From: Phycisphaeraceae bacterium
GTDB lineage: Bacteria; Planctomycetota; Phycisphaerae; Phycisphaerales; Phycisphaeraceae
Direction of reading: 5' to 3'
NCBI GenBank assembly: GCA_963674705.1
Contig: OY771506.1
Location: forward strand, 2,720,001 to 2,784,000
Length of the DNA stretch: 64,000 nt
A program made the translations under genes and the position numbers. Numbering within the stretch: the first letter of the stretch is position 1; every line of letters begins with the position of its first letter. Shown one piece after another: positions 37,808-48,688 of the stretch. The notes beneath the pieces are model-generated. The model had not been told where the DNA came from, did not search any database, and saw nothing but the letters and a program-made list of their open reading frames with translations.

Positions 37808-38236
37808 CTAAATCTTCTTGAGCATGGTGCGGTGTGGCCCACCATGTGGGACGTTGAATTCCTCGGATACCGCTACCCAGCCGAACTTCTCATAAAACTG
37901 GATGGCCGGTACACATGCGTTGCACCACATGTATTGGTACGTGTCGATTTGCCGTAAGCGCATCTCTGCAAATGAGAGCAGCGATCGGCCGATCCCGCCG
38001 CCTTGATACAACGGGTCAACCGCCATCCCGCGCAACTGCCAGGCCGGTTCTCGCGTGAAAGGTCTGTCCAGGATCGTCAGGCAGCCCACCGCGTTCTTAC
38101 CGATCATCGCGCCGATGTGCATCGTCGTCATCTCGGCATCCCCTTCAAAATGCGCGTGCTTGCGGTGCCTGCCCCGGCAAAGGACAGCGTGACGCAGGTC
38201 GATGATCCGATCGACATGAACCAGACGAATTTCCAT
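37808..38236 (-). CDS. GNAT family N-acetyltransferase
   Basis: QLRGMAVDPLYQGGGIGR, WCNA, FYEKFGW. Confidence 0.9.
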   Translation of the reverse strand: MEIRLVHVDRIIDLRHAVLCRGRHRKHAHFEGDAEMTTMHIGAMIGKNAVGCLTILDRPFTREPAWQLRGMAVDPLYQGGGIGRSLLSFAEMRLRQIDTYQYMWCNACVPAIQFYEKFGWVAVSEEFNVPHGGPHRTMLKKI

Positions 38237-38294
38237 GTAACTTCTGTTCCTTCAGGCTGGGCCGTGGATGCAGGCCAACCATATTCAAGCATGT

Positions 38295-39311
38295 TTACCC
38301 GCAAGATTCAATCTGCCCCCGCAGGTTATCCAGCACACGTATATTGGACAGGCTGTCTTCGGCCGATATCACTGGTTCTTTGCCGTCCAGCACACACGCG
38401 GCAAAATCATCGGCCTCCATCCCGTACAGCGTGCCTGTAAATGGCACATGTACCTCGCGGGGCCCGGATTGCTTTGTCATCCCGCCATCCTGCCTTGGCG
38501 GCGTCATCGATTCCACGATGTATCCCGCGCCGTCCACCGGAGGTTTCCAGGGTACGGGCACACGGATGTAGCCTTCGTCACCACAGATCAATGCCGCGTT
38601 ATCCGTCTGTACGCTCATCCCACAGCAAAACGACGCGATCACGCCATCTGCATAACGCAGCGTGCCACAGGCGTATTCATCGATACCTGATTCGTGCAAC
38701 TTGGCGGTGCAATGAATCTCATCGGGGTCATGCTTCGTAATAAGTTGTGCGAAGTCCACGCAGTAGCAACCGATATCCATCAAGGCGCCACCCGCCAGTT
38801 CGCGGCTGAAACGGATGTTGCCATCCACCTTCCGCGTGCGGTAACAGAAGCTGGTGCGGATCAGCTTCACACGCCCAATCACGCCGTCACGTATCTCTTT
38901 CAGCACAGCCCTGGTCTGCGGATGAGACCGATACATAAACGCCTCGATCAGCACTCGCCCATGACGCTCTGCCGCAGCGTACATCGCCTCGGCTTCTGAA
39001 CTGCTGCAGGCAATTGGTTTCTCGCATAAGACGTGCTTCCCAGCCTTTAACGCCTTGATCGTCCACTCATGGTGCATCGAATTGGGCAGCGACACATACA
39101 CCGCATCGATATCGGCATCACCGAGTAACGCCTCATAAGTCCCATGCGCGACCGGGATTTTGTATACATCTGCAAATGACTTAGCGGTCTCTGATCGTCT
39201 GGACCCAACCGCCCGGATCACGCTCCGCTGCGATCCCGCGACACCATCGGCAAACTGACGCGCGATGTTCCCTGTCCCGAGTATCCCAAATCGTAATTTT
39301 GCTTCGGCCAT
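38295..39311 (-). CDS. Gfo/Idh/MocA oxidoreductase
   Basis: GILGTGNIA, GKHVLCEKP, GGALMDIGCY. Confidence 0.92.
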   Translation of the reverse strand: MAEAKLRFGILGTGNIARQFADGVAGSQRSVIRAVGSRRSETAKSFADVYKIPVAHGTYEALLGDADIDAVYVSLPNSMHHEWTIKALKAGKHVLCEKPIACSSSEAEAMYAAAERHGRVLIEAFMYRSHPQTRAVLKEIRDGVIGRVKLIRTSFCYRTRKVDGNIRFSRELAGGALMDIGCYCVDFAQLITKHDPDEIHCTAKLHESGIDEYACGTLRYADGVIASFCCGMSVQTDNAALICGDEGYIRVPVPWKPPVDGAGYIVESMTPPRQDGGMTKQSGPREVHVPFTGTLYGMEADDFAACVLDGKEPVISAEDSLSNIRVLDNLRGQIESCG

Positions 39312-39405
39312 CCAAGGAGTTTAACCGATCCCCGCCGGCTGAGTGTTTGTTAGAATTAGGCGACACAATGCACCGGTACATGCTTCCATTCTTCAGGACA
39401 CGATT

Positions 39406-40281
39406 ATGACACGCTTTGCCATCTACCTGATTGTTCTCGCTCTGGTCTTCCAATCTGCTCAAGCCGAAGGACCTGTCGTTGAACAGGTTGCGACCGGTTA
39501 TAGCTTCACGGAAGGCCCGGCCGAGGCACCCGATGGCTCGATCTACTTCACGGATATCCCTAATAAACACATCATCCGGTTCGATCCCGTGACTGGTTCG
39601 GCTGAAGTCTTTCGTGAGGATTCAGGGCGAGCCAACGGTTTGATGTTCGATGGACATGGCCGGCTGATCGCGTGTGAAGGCGCAGCCGAGAGCGGTCGGC
39701 GTCGTGTCTCCCGTACAGAACCGGACGGTTCCATCATTACCCTCACCGATCAATGGCAAGGCAAACCACTGAACAGTCCGAACGACCTGGTAATCGATAA
39801 ACACGGCGGGGTCTACTTTACCGATCCACGCTACGGCAACCGCGACGATATGGCACTCGATGTTGAAGCGGTCTACTATCTCAAACCCGACGGAACACTC
39901 ACGCAGATCATCACTGACTTGCAGCGCCCCAACGGCCTGATCCTCTCGCCAGACGAAAAAACACTCTACGTTGCGGACAATGCTGCACAGAAACTCGTCG
40001 CCTACGATATTACCGAACCCGGCAAGCCAACCAACCCCAGACAGTTTTCACAAATGGGTCCGGGTCACGGTGGGGGGTGTGACGGCATGAGCATCGACAA
40101 ACTCGGTCGTGTCTATGCGACCGGCAACGAGGGTGTTTATATCTTTGCGCCCAACGGTGAGCAGGTTGCGTTGGTCAAAACGCCTGAGCGCCCAAGCAAC
40201 TGCACACTCGCCCGAGACGGCAAAACACTCTACATCACCGCACGTACGAGCCTGTACCGCGCGGTGTTGCCATCCAACTGA
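39406..40281 (+). CDS. SMP-30/gluconolactonase family exported protein
   Basis: Signal peptide; FTEGP, NSPNDL, YFTDP, PNGL, DGM. Confidence 0.9.
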   Translation: MTRFAIYLIVLALVFQSAQAEGPVVEQVATGYSFTEGPAEAPDGSIYFTDIPNKHIIRFDPVTGSAEVFREDSGRANGLMFDGHGRLIACEGAAESGRRRVSRTEPDGSIITLTDQWQGKPLNSPNDLVIDKHGGVYFTDPRYGNRDDMALDVEAVYYLKPDGTLTQIITDLQRPNGLILSPDEKTLYVADNAAQKLVAYDITEPGKPTNPRQFSQMGPGHGGGCDGMSIDKLGRVYATGNEGVYIFAPNGEQVALVKTPERPSNCTLARDGKTLYITARTSLYRAVLPSN

Positions 40282-40432
40282 GGTATCACGATAGGGTACT
40301 GCCGCCATTCGCACTTCTTACGATTTCCTGACATGTCATACCTGCGCACGCGGGTACCCACGCGTTTGGATTCATTGGTCGCGTGGGTTGCCGTTTGCAC
40401 GGGAATGACAGTCAGAAGTGATGTGAATGGTT

Positions 40433-41590
40433 TTAGTTGCTGATAACTTCAAGCAGTTTATCCGCGGCCGCCTTCTCGAATCGTTGGCTGCAGAATTTAT
40501 CTCGCAATCGCTTGAAACCTGCGATCTGATCCCTGCGTGCCTGACTGTCGCGTAATAACGGCTCGATCGCACGTACAAGTGCTTCCGGGTCGCCGAAGTG
40601 TGGCATCAGTTCCGGTACGATCCTGCCCATATCCATCGATTCGCTGATCAGGTTCGGCAATGACATCGTGCGTGTATTGATCAGCCATCGGCCGGCCAGT
40701 TCCCATTCGTACCGTTTGACGTTGTAGAACACGGCCATGGGCGTGCCGTGTGCCGCTGCGTGCAGTGAAGCCGTACCCGACACGACCAACGCCGCATCCG
40801 CCCAGTTCAGCACGGCATCGGCATCCCCCGCGAGCATGTGCATCGATCGCGGTAACACGCCCATCGGCGATGACGATTCAATCTGATGCGCGCGAGCCGA
40901 ATCACTGGCGGCGATCACCGCCTTGAGATTCTTATGCGTTGCGTGCAGCCGGCGATATGCGTCCAGCATCGTCGGCCAGTTGTGCTTCACCTCGCCATGC
41001 CTGGACCCGGGCAGCAAGGCCAGCTTGGGCCCTTCCGTCTTGGGCAGGCTGTCCAACGGCGGTGTCTTTTCGGCCGGGACCTGATCGTAAAGTGGGTGGC
41101 CGACAAATGTAGACGGTACACCACGCTCGCCAAACCACTTGGGTTCAAAAGGTTGAAGACAAAGCACGTGATCTGTTAAGCGGCGCAGCTTCTTCACCCG
41201 CCAGGGCGCCCACGCCCACAACTGCGGGGCCACCAGGTGCACGACTTTTGCTTCCGGCTGATAGCGTTTGACCTTGGCACAGATCGACCAGTTCGCTGCC
41301 GGGCTGTCGGTGGGCACGACCGCCGCGATCTTGTTTTGCAGCAGCCACTTTTTCAGCCTGCCCAAGCGCTTGATGTGCGCAATCGCCTGTGTCGCGGCTC
41401 CGGCAAGCATGATGGCTCGGTCGGTTGTCGATTCGATCAACACGGCACCGCTTTTTTGCATCGTCGGGCCGCCCATCGCAAAGATAGGCCGATCCGGTTC
41501 ACGACGCTTCAATTCTGCGATCAAAGCGCCAGCGATGTGATCTCCGCTGTGCTCGAAAGCGGTAAACAAGATGCCGGGTCGTTGCGACAT
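40433..41590 (-). CDS. lpxB: Lipid-A-disaccharide synthase
   Basis: EHSGD, APQLWAW, PFE, FVGHP, LLPGSR, SGTASL, SLPNLI. Confidence 0.9.
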   Translation of the reverse strand: MSQRPGILFTAFEHSGDHIAGALIAELKRREPDRPIFAMGGPTMQKSGAVLIESTTDRAIMLAGAATQAIAHIKRLGRLKKWLLQNKIAAVVPTDSPAANWSICAKVKRYQPEAKVVHLVAPQLWAWAPWRVKKLRRLTDHVLCLQPFEPKWFGERGVPSTFVGHPLYDQVPAEKTPPLDSLPKTEGPKLALLPGSRHGEVKHNWPTMLDAYRRLHATHKNLKAVIAASDSARAHQIESSSPMGVLPRSMHMLAGDADAVLNWADAALVVSGTASLHAAAHGTPMAVFYNVKRYEWELAGRWLINTRTMSLPNLISESMDMGRIVPELMPHFGDPEALVRAIEPLLRDSQARRDQIAGFKRLRDKFCSQRFEKAAADKLLEVISN

Positions 41591-42034
41591 GGGCGTAGTC
41601 TATGATCTTGACCTGACTTACGCCTGTTTGATGGGCGTCTCTCTTTTGTGATTTAGAAGGATTCTATCCAATCCAGTCGTAATACTTCTCACCCTGTTTG
41701 CATATGATTCTAAATCGCAAATTCCTTGGATATAGCACAGAGATATTTGCGATGCCTGTTATATAGGCATCATTAAAACGTTTAGTCCAGTTCCGCATAC
41801 GACTTACACATAAAAAAACCAGATTGGCTTATGTTCAAAAATCAACACATGTGCACATTACTGTAAAACTCTATTTTAAAGCTAGTTGTAGGGATGCATC
41901 AAAAAAAGATGTTGTTATGATAATTGCGTAGTGCATAATCAACCATTGAACTTTGTCGTCGATCTCTGCGTGTTCTTGGGGAAGTATGGCGTAATCGTGG
42001 ACTAAAATAAGCCGACCTCAGCCCTCAGAACTGA

Positions 42035-43216
42035 ATGAGACATATCGCGAAAGTCAATCAGGCAAGTGCCGCGAAGCACAACCGAAGACTAACCATCCAA
42101 TTGCTTCGACAGTTTGGTTCGCTGTCTCGCAGGCAATTGGCGCAGATCACCGGTCTGCGTACTTCCACCCTCACCTACATCGTCCGCGACCTGATGAAGC
42201 AAGGTGTTGTTCGACCTATCGGTAAAGCAGAATCTAAAACCGTCGGGAAGAAGCAAACACTGCTGGAAGTGAATCCCGCGCTTGGCTGGGCCGTCGGCAT
42301 CGGATTATCTCACGGCTTTGCCGAACTCATCTATCAGGACGCCTCTGGTACCCAGATCGGGCAGGGCAAGATTGAAATCACCTATGACCTTGGTCCCTTG
42401 CCTAAACGGCTGCATGATGAAGTAATTAACTGGGCCCAGAAAAACAGCAAGGATATTAACGCACTGATGGGTATCGGCATCGGTGTGCCCGGCATCGTGG
42501 ATAACACGCACGGCATCGTTCAGCATTCCGGTTGGTTCAACGCGATTGACCTGCCGTTGCGTGAAAAGTTCAACGAGCACTTTGATACTAAAATCGTCAT
42601 TGAAAACGATGTCAATCTGGCCGTGCTGGCGGAGTCGCGAACGGGAAATGCCGGTGGGTTGACCAACTTCCTTTTCTTCCTGATTAACGCGGTGCCTGAA
42701 GAGGGCCAACAGGTGATCCGTGCGTTCGGCTCCGCACTGTTTCTGGATGGCCGTGTCTACCGTGGCTCACATTACGCCGCCGGTGAAGTATTTTCGCTTG
42801 TGAAAAATGAGGAGTGCACTCGCACCTCAACTCAAGTCATCCAATCTCTTGCTGATCCCGATACGCCGATGAATGACACCATGCTTGGTCTTGCTCGGCA
42901 TATCGCAAAGATCCTCATTGCACTTGTGGAAGTCATCGATCCTCAGGCTGTCTTGTTAGGCGGCAATCTCAACATCCGAAGTGATGCGATGATCACCGAG
43001 ATCCAGAAGCAGTTGGACCAGCAACTTGTGGTTCTTACCAAACGCAAAGTCAGCATTCGACCGTCCGTCTTAGGTAACAGCGGGGTCGCAATAGGCGCCG
43101 CCATTGCCACGATTGACGAGGTGCTCATCGGCGATGATCTCGCCCAGGAAGCCTTGGAGCAGCAGCAGATCCTCCGCAAAGTCCTGGGGGACGATCCACG
43201 TGTGCCGATCCCCTGA
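42035..43216 (+). CDS. ROK family transcriptional regulator
   Basis: N-terminal wHTH (LSRRQLAQITGL), GIGIGVPGIVD, IENDVNLAVLAE, AGE. Confidence 0.88.
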   Translation: MRHIAKVNQASAAKHNRRLTIQLLRQFGSLSRRQLAQITGLRTSTLTYIVRDLMKQGVVRPIGKAESKTVGKKQTLLEVNPALGWAVGIGLSHGFAELIYQDASGTQIGQGKIEITYDLGPLPKRLHDEVINWAQKNSKDINALMGIGIGVPGIVDNTHGIVQHSGWFNAIDLPLREKFNEHFDTKIVIENDVNLAVLAESRTGNAGGLTNFLFFLINAVPEEGQQVIRAFGSALFLDGRVYRGSHYAAGEVFSLVKNEECTRTSTQVIQSLADPDTPMNDTMLGLARHIAKILIALVEVIDPQAVLLGGNLNIRSDAMITEIQKQLDQQLVVLTKRKVSIRPSVLGNSGVAIGAAIATIDEVLIGDDLAQEALEQQQILRKVLGDDPRVPIP

Positions 43217-43369
43217 GCACTACCAGCTACCGGTCATTCCATCCTTTGCATATCTTCTGCACAATATCCCGCATCGTGTGGTAAATTACCCCACCGAAGC
43301 GTCACGTATCACCGTGCTATACGTGACGCTGAACCACACATAAACCGCGTTGAAAGCTTGTGTTAACCC

Positions 43370-44860
43370 ATGATTATCCCCAAACCACTTGAGTGTCAGC
43401 AGGTAGATGGTGCGTTCACTTTCCCGGCTCAGCTACCTGTGATCATTGCGTATCACCCCGATCAGGGGTACGCCCACTTTGTTGCCGAAGAATTGGCTCA
43501 GCAGCTCCGCGTAGTCAGCGGCGCTTTCGTCACCATTAATGAGGGTGAAGCCGGGTCTAAGCCCGGCACGATCCTGCTGACCGATCGTGACGCTCAGGCC
43601 GATCTCGGCCCCGAGGGATATCAACTCGACATCTCGCCCGAGTGCATCCGCCTGTGCGCCGGTACGAATGCCGGCCTGTTTTATGCGCTACAGTCGCTAT
43701 TACAGATACTCGACCACGAGCGAGCCTCGCTCGTGGATGATGCGCAGCTTAAGAGCCTGCCCTGCATGTCCATTAAGGACAAACCGCAGTTTGGCTGGCG
43801 GGGTTTCATGCTCGATTCGGCGCGTCACTTCCAGCCGATCGAGGTGATCTACAAGATCATTGATCAACTCGCCGCACTCAAGCTCAACCGCTTCCATTGG
43901 CACCTGTCAGACGACCAGGGCTGGCGGCTTGAAGTGTTGGGCTTTCCAAAGCTGACTTCCGTCGGGGCATGGCGCAATAACGGTAAAGCGCGATACGGCG
44001 GGTTCTACACACGCGAGCAGGTGCGTGTCCTTGTCGCCTATGCCCATCAAAGGCATATTACCATCGTCCCGGAAATCGATATCCCGGGCCACAGCTTCGC
44101 CGCGCTTGCTGCTTATCCAGAGTACGGTTGTCCCGGTAAGGAATACACCGTCCAGAGTGGCTGGGGCATCCTGCAGGGCACGTTCTGTGCCGGTAATGAG
44201 CAGACATTCCGTTTCCTAGGCGAAGTGTTCGCGGATATGGCGGAGGTTTTCTCAGGCCCGTACCTGCATCTGGGCGGCGATGAACGCAAGCCCGGCGTCT
44301 GGGAAGCCTGCCCGAAGTGCTCGGCCGCGATGAAGAACATGAACTTTGACGAGGAAGCCAAACTGCACCGCTGGTTTATGGAACGTGTTTCCAAGCGCGT
44401 GCACGAATCGCTCTGCCGACGCACAATCGCCTGGGGCGACAACATCGAAGCCGGCGGCGTGGATGGTCAGATCGTCCAGGGCTGGATCGCCGGTCAGAGC
44501 GTCGCAGCCGCCAAACAGGGATTGGATACCATCAATTCCACCAATACCTGGGTTTACTTCGACTACCCCGAATCAGAAGAAGGTATCGGCACTACCTGGC
44601 CCAAGTGGATGAAGCCATTGCCGATCGAAATGGTCCACGCGTTTGACCCGATCCCCGAAGACCTCGACCCGCAATTGCATAAGCACGTGCTTGGCAGCGA
44701 ATGTCATCTCTGGACCGAGCATGTGCCTGATGAAGCCACGATCCGCCGACAGATCATCCCACGTATCCACGCTTTCAGTGAGGCTGTGTGGACACCGACC
44801 GAAGGTCGCGACTTTGACGACTTCAGCAAGCGATTAAAGCATCAGCGCACGCTCTTTTAA
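43370..44860 (+). CDS. GH20 beta-N-acetylhexosaminidase
   Basis: WRGFMLDSARHF, FHWHLSDDQGWR, PEIDIPGH, HLGGDE, LWTE; no signal peptide. Confidence 0.93.
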   Translation: MIIPKPLECQQVDGAFTFPAQLPVIIAYHPDQGYAHFVAEELAQQLRVVSGAFVTINEGEAGSKPGTILLTDRDAQADLGPEGYQLDISPECIRLCAGTNAGLFYALQSLLQILDHERASLVDDAQLKSLPCMSIKDKPQFGWRGFMLDSARHFQPIEVIYKIIDQLAALKLNRFHWHLSDDQGWRLEVLGFPKLTSVGAWRNNGKARYGGFYTREQVRVLVAYAHQRHITIVPEIDIPGHSFAALAAYPEYGCPGKEYTVQSGWGILQGTFCAGNEQTFRFLGEVFADMAEVFSGPYLHLGGDERKPGVWEACPKCSAAMKNMNFDEEAKLHRWFMERVSKRVHESLCRRTIAWGDNIEAGGVDGQIVQGWIAGQSVAAAKQGLDTINSTNTWVYFDYPESEEGIGTTWPKWMKPLPIEMVHAFDPIPEDLDPQLHKHVLGSECHLWTEHVPDEATIRRQIIPRIHAFSEAVWTPTEGRDFDDFSKRLKHQRTLF

Positions 44861-44908
44861 TGCGTGAAGACATTGAAGGTAAAGCGACATGCTCTTAATA
44901 AGGGATGT

Positions 44909-45226
44909 TTATGCTTGCGAGAGGGAAACTATCATCCCGATGATGAACAATACAACGAACAGTAATCCTAAACCTAAGCCGATGTAGCCGCAGATCATTC
45001 CCGCCGTGGCCAAACCCTTTGAACTCGGATTGCATTCGCCCATGCTGATCTGCTCATAGGCGCCTTTAGCAAAAACGACCGCCAGAATCCCACAAACGAG
45101 GGCGGGGATGGCATAGAAAAGGCAGGAAGGGATCGAAACAATCCCAAGCACCAGAGATGCAATAGCTTTGCCCGAGGTGGGTAACTGCTGATTGCCGGGG
45201 GTGGGGATCTGGTCGAACTGAGTCAT
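44909..45226 (-). CDS. DUF4190 membrane protein
   Basis: AIASLVLGIVS...GLATAGMICGYIGL. Confidence 0.85.
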   Translation of the reverse strand: MTQFDQIPTPGNQQLPTSGKAIASLVLGIVSIPSCLFYAIPALVCGILAVVFAKGAYEQISMGECNPSSKGLATAGMICGYIGLGLGLLFVVLFIIGMIVSLSQA

Positions 45227-45370
45227 GTTGAGGCTCCCGATCAATTGTTGATTGTCAGTTTCTTTATCGGCGAGAAAGGATTAAATGTTCTTAATTTTTC
45301 AATGCGTGTAACTTTGGCTGGACCGGATTGGGTCCGAAGTGTTATTAGAACTAATCAAAACAACTCGGAT

Positions 45371-45805
45371 TCAAGCCCGAATCTGCTTCACAGCCTGACC
45401 CACATCTTTACCTTCGACCACTGCGCCGCTGGACTTCAGGTGCTTCATCGCCACACCCGTCGCCTGCCCGTCGTTACCCGCAGCCAGCACGTTTTCCTTT
45501 ATCGGCTCCAGTGCCGCGATGATCTCATCCACGGACAGTGTCTTGGGCAGCAGCGATTCGAGAATCAGAAGTTCCGCCTTCGTCTTTTCGATCGTTTCGG
45601 GTCGATCGCTCAGTTCGATCATCTCCTGGCTGGATTTGACCAACTTCCGCACGATCCGCTGGGCCTGGTCGTCGCTTAATTCCTCACCGGATCGGGCCGC
45701 CTCGGTCTGTAACTCGCCCAGCACGACCTTCAGCAGGTCCCGTCGGGCGGCGTCCTTGGCTTTCATGGCCTCTTTGATCTGGGCTTTGACGTCGTCGATG
45801 AGCAT
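45371..45805 (-). CDS. GatB/YqeY domain protein
   Basis: IKEAMKAKD..R, ELLILESLLPKTLS, GVAMKHLK. Confidence 0.88.
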   Translation of the reverse strand: MLIDDVKAQIKEAMKAKDAARRDLLKVVLGELQTEAARSGEELSDDQAQRIVRKLVKSSQEMIELSDRPETIEKTKAELLILESLLPKTLSVDEIIAALEPIKENVLAAGNDGQATGVAMKHLKSSGAVVEGKDVGQAVKQIRA

Positions 45806-45981
45806 AGGCGGGCCTTTCCTGAGGATTTCGACCGACATCATACGCTTATACACCCGATTGGGGCCAGTGCGGGCCAGCTTCCGCCTCTTCTGCTATGCTA
45901 GCCCGTCTTGGGCAGGCCGATGGAGGACCTGATTGCCCGTGATTTAACCATATGAACCCTAGCTTTTACGAGGGATAATCC

Positions 45982-46227
45982 ATGCAAGTAAATGACGCAC
46001 TGAACCTGGTCCGTGAGAAGTTCACCGCCGAAGCCCAGGGCCAGACTGAAGGCGAAGTGGCTGACAAGTATCAGGACGCTTTCAGCGACTTCCCCGTGAC
46101 CATGGAAGTGGCGACCCACATCTTCGCCGTCCAGCTCATCCAGCACAACATGGCTCAACAGATGCAGGCCCAGCAGCAGGCCGCCGCTCAGAAGCAGGCC
46201 GAGCAGGGTGGCGAAGCCCAAAGCTGA
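45982..46227 (+). CDS. Small hypothetical protein with Q/A-rich tail
   Basis: GAGGGA RBS, strong codon bias, downstream hairpin at 46264-46281. Confidence 0.65.
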   Translation: MQVNDALNLVREKFTAEAQGQTEGEVADKYQDAFSDFPVTMEVATHIFAVQLIQHNMAQQMQAQQQAAAQKQAEQGGEAQS

Positions 46228-46338
46228 TCCGGCTCATCAAAAAAGTACCCACCACGTTCAGCCCGGCTGCTTGCAGCCGGTTTGCTTTACGTGGAGCATT
46301 TACACACAAACATGTTCCTTCGGAAAGGCGGTCTACAT

Positions 46339-47307
46339 ATGAGACGGCGTATCTCGGCGTTGGTGTTTGTGGGGTGCATATTAACGTGGTGGGGCGGTAG
46401 CTCGCTTTTCGCGCAAGAGGTGGCTATGGCTGACAAACTCGCATGGCAGTCGATTGATATCGATGTAAACACCATAGGCGACCGTGAGATGACGCTCTCA
46501 CTCGGCAGGCTCGATCACGCGCTTCGACTCAAGCTCAACATCGAAAGCGAACAGACCGCTGTCGGCCTGCTGGATATGAATACCGGTCGGCTTGCGATGC
46601 TCCGTGCCGATACGCAGTACTACGCCGCCAGCGTTCCCAAGATCGTCATCCTCCTGACGTACTTCCAGACGCATCCCGAAGCCGCAACATCGCTCGATGG
46701 CACGACGCGAGAAGAACTCGGCCGGATGATCAAGGTCTCCAGCAACGAGATGGCAGCGAAGTACAGCAAGATCGTCGGCCTTAAAGCCATCGCTGACACC
46801 GTCACCAGCCCGGCCTACAAGCTCTACGATCCTCTGCACGGCGGCGGACTCTGGATGGGTAAACACTACGGGCCTAGTGATGAACGTAACCGCGACCCGC
46901 TGGCCGGCGAATCGCACGCCGCCACCGTCCGTCAACTGCTCCGCTATTACCTGATGCTCGAGCAGGGCAGGCTCGTCAGCCCCGAAGCCTCTAAAACCAT
47001 GCGGCAAATCTTCGAGAGCCCGCAGATCAACCACATCCAGTCCAAGTTCGTGGTTGGGCTCAAAGACCGGGATGTGCAGATCATCCGAAAGAGCGGTACG
47101 TGGAGCGAGTGGTTCGCCGACACCGCTGTCATCAAGGGTGAAGGCCGTTACTACATCCTCGTCAGCCTCACCCATACCGAGCACGGTGAAGCCTACCTGA
47201 CCGGCCTCGCCCGCAGCATCGACGACTGGGCCATCCAAGGCTTTAAGGGCGACGCCCCCGTCAACCACGCCACCGAAAAAGACGAACAGGAAGACGACAA
47301 CGGATAG
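46339..47307 (+). CDS. Class A beta-lactamase-like serine hydrolase
   Basis: Signal peptide; SxxK (ASVPK), SSN loop, KSG motif. Confidence 0.8.
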   Translation: MRRRISALVFVGCILTWWGGSSLFAQEVAMADKLAWQSIDIDVNTIGDREMTLSLGRLDHALRLKLNIESEQTAVGLLDMNTGRLAMLRADTQYYAASVPKIVILLTYFQTHPEAATSLDGTTREELGRMIKVSSNEMAAKYSKIVGLKAIADTVTSPAYKLYDPLHGGGLWMGKHYGPSDERNRDPLAGESHAATVRQLLRYYLMLEQGRLVSPEASKTMRQIFESPQINHIQSKFVVGLKDRDVQIIRKSGTWSEWFADTAVIKGEGRYYILVSLTHTEHGEAYLTGLARSIDDWAIQGFKGDAPVNHATEKDEQEDDNG

Positions 47308-47401
47308 CGCCTATCATTCCGGCATAAGCATACGATCCCAAACCCACCCCCCCGCGCGGCTGAGGCGGCTTCAGCCGCCGGCCCACCATCAGGAGCCCCC
47401 C

Positions 47402-48121
47402 ATGTTCAAGACATTCACCCACCCTTTGCCCTGGATTTCATTCCTGCTCGCATGCCTCGTCCTCTTCACGCCTGTGCTGAAAGCCGAGGAATCAGCGCAG
47501 GAAGATGAAGCCGACGCCCCGGACAAGGCCATCCTGCTCGATCCAGATAACGACATCTGGTCACGTAAGGCTCCCGAAACCTTCCAAGCTAAGTTCCAGA
47601 CTAACGAAGGCGACTTCGTGATTCAGGTAAACCGTGACTGGGCTCCGCGCGGCGCAGACCGGTTCTACAACCTCGTCGACAACGGCTTCTACGATGGCTG
47701 CCGGTTCTTCCGCGTCCTCGACGGCTTCATGGCCCAGTTCGGCATCAACGGCGACCCCGAAGTCTCCGCCGTCTGGCGCGAACAGCAGATCAAAGACGAT
47801 CCCAACAAGCAGTCCAACACCCGCGGCCGCGTCAGCTTCGCCATGGCCGGCCCCGACACCCGCACCACCCAACTCTTCATCAACTTCGGCGACAACAGCG
47901 GTCTCGATTCCCGTGGCTTCTCGCCCTTCGGCGAAGTCATCGAAGGCATGGACGTCGTCGACAAGCTCTACTCAGGCTACGGCGAAGGCGACCCCCGAGG
48001 TAACGGCCCCGCACAAGGCCGCATCCAACACGAAGGCAACCCCTACCTCAACGCCGAATTCCCCAAACTCGACTACATCAAACACGCCCAAATCGTGAAG
48101 CCGGAAGAAAGCAAAGAATAA
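47402..48121 (+). CDS. Cyclophilin-type peptidyl-prolyl isomerase (exported)
   Basis: WAPRGADRF, FFRVLDGFMAQFG, RTTQLFIN, FGEVIEGMDVVD. Confidence 0.93.
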   Translation: MFKTFTHPLPWISFLLACLVLFTPVLKAEESAQEDEADAPDKAILLDPDNDIWSRKAPETFQAKFQTNEGDFVIQVNRDWAPRGADRFYNLVDNGFYDGCRFFRVLDGFMAQFGINGDPEVSAVWREQQIKDDPNKQSNTRGRVSFAMAGPDTRTTQLFINFGDNSGLDSRGFSPFGEVIEGMDVVDKLYSGYGEGDPRGNGPAQGRIQHEGNPYLNAEFPKLDYIKHAQIVKPEESKE

Positions 48122-48153
48122 GCACGACCATGCGAATAAGAACCAATGCCCCC

Positions 48154-48184
48154 AACAGCCCCACGCGGAAGCGTGGGGTTTTTC
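48154..48184 (+). terminator. Intrinsic terminator, same family as 25105-25136
   Basis: GCCCCACGC-GGAA-GCGTGGGGT followed by a T-run. Confidence 0.8.
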
Positions 48185-48188
48185 TTAC

Positions 48189-48214
48189 CATATAGCCCGA
48201 CCATCCTGGTCGGG
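48189..48214. repeat. 26-bp palindromic direct repeat, copy 1
   Basis: CATATAGCCCGACCATCCTGGTCGGG, identical to 48689-48714. Confidence 0.9.
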
Positions 48215-48241
48215 TGATTTCTCAAACAATAGTCTCCAACA

Positions 48242-48613
48242 TCAATCTGAGGTAGCAGAAGTACCCGATTCTGTCGTTTCATCCGGTGAAGCGGATTTGT
48301 ATCTGAGCCGATACTCTACGTGAACAGGTATATCCATCGCGGAAATAACTTCCTTCAGATCGTCTTCAACATCTTGATCTTTGACCCAACCGATGATTTG
48401 CATGCCACCGCCACCACCGGTGTATCGTCCAACCTTCAGTTCTGCGAATCTATCATCAAGTTCCAGCAATGATTCAACAGTGGGGATCAACGTCTCAGCA
48501 GTCCTCAGGTTTCTGCTTTGAATACCCGCAGGGCTGAATGGCCAGACGATAACAAACAGTAGTATCACAAATATAATAACGGTTATCACGATCTTCAAAA
48601 TGCGTGGCATCAT
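48242..48613 (-). CDS. Small membrane-anchored hypothetical protein
   Basis: N-terminal TM; AT-richer than neighbours; lies between identical repeats. Confidence 0.6.
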   Translation of the reverse strand: MMPRILKIVITVIIFVILLFVIVWPFSPAGIQSRNLRTAETLIPTVESLLELDDRFAELKVGRYTGGGGGMQIIGWVKDQDVEDDLKEVISAMDIPVHVEYRLRYKSASPDETTESGTSATSD

Positions 48614-48688
48614 GATTATTCGTTTATGTGGTTTATTCATACATCAACACCGCTTCACGCACGTCGGCGAACACTCTGAGCTTCGGAG

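Noticed and set aside
46339..47307. Bona fide antibiotic-resistance beta-lactamase
   Set aside because: Fold motifs are present but no clear class A omega-loop ExxLN; activity cannot be inferred.
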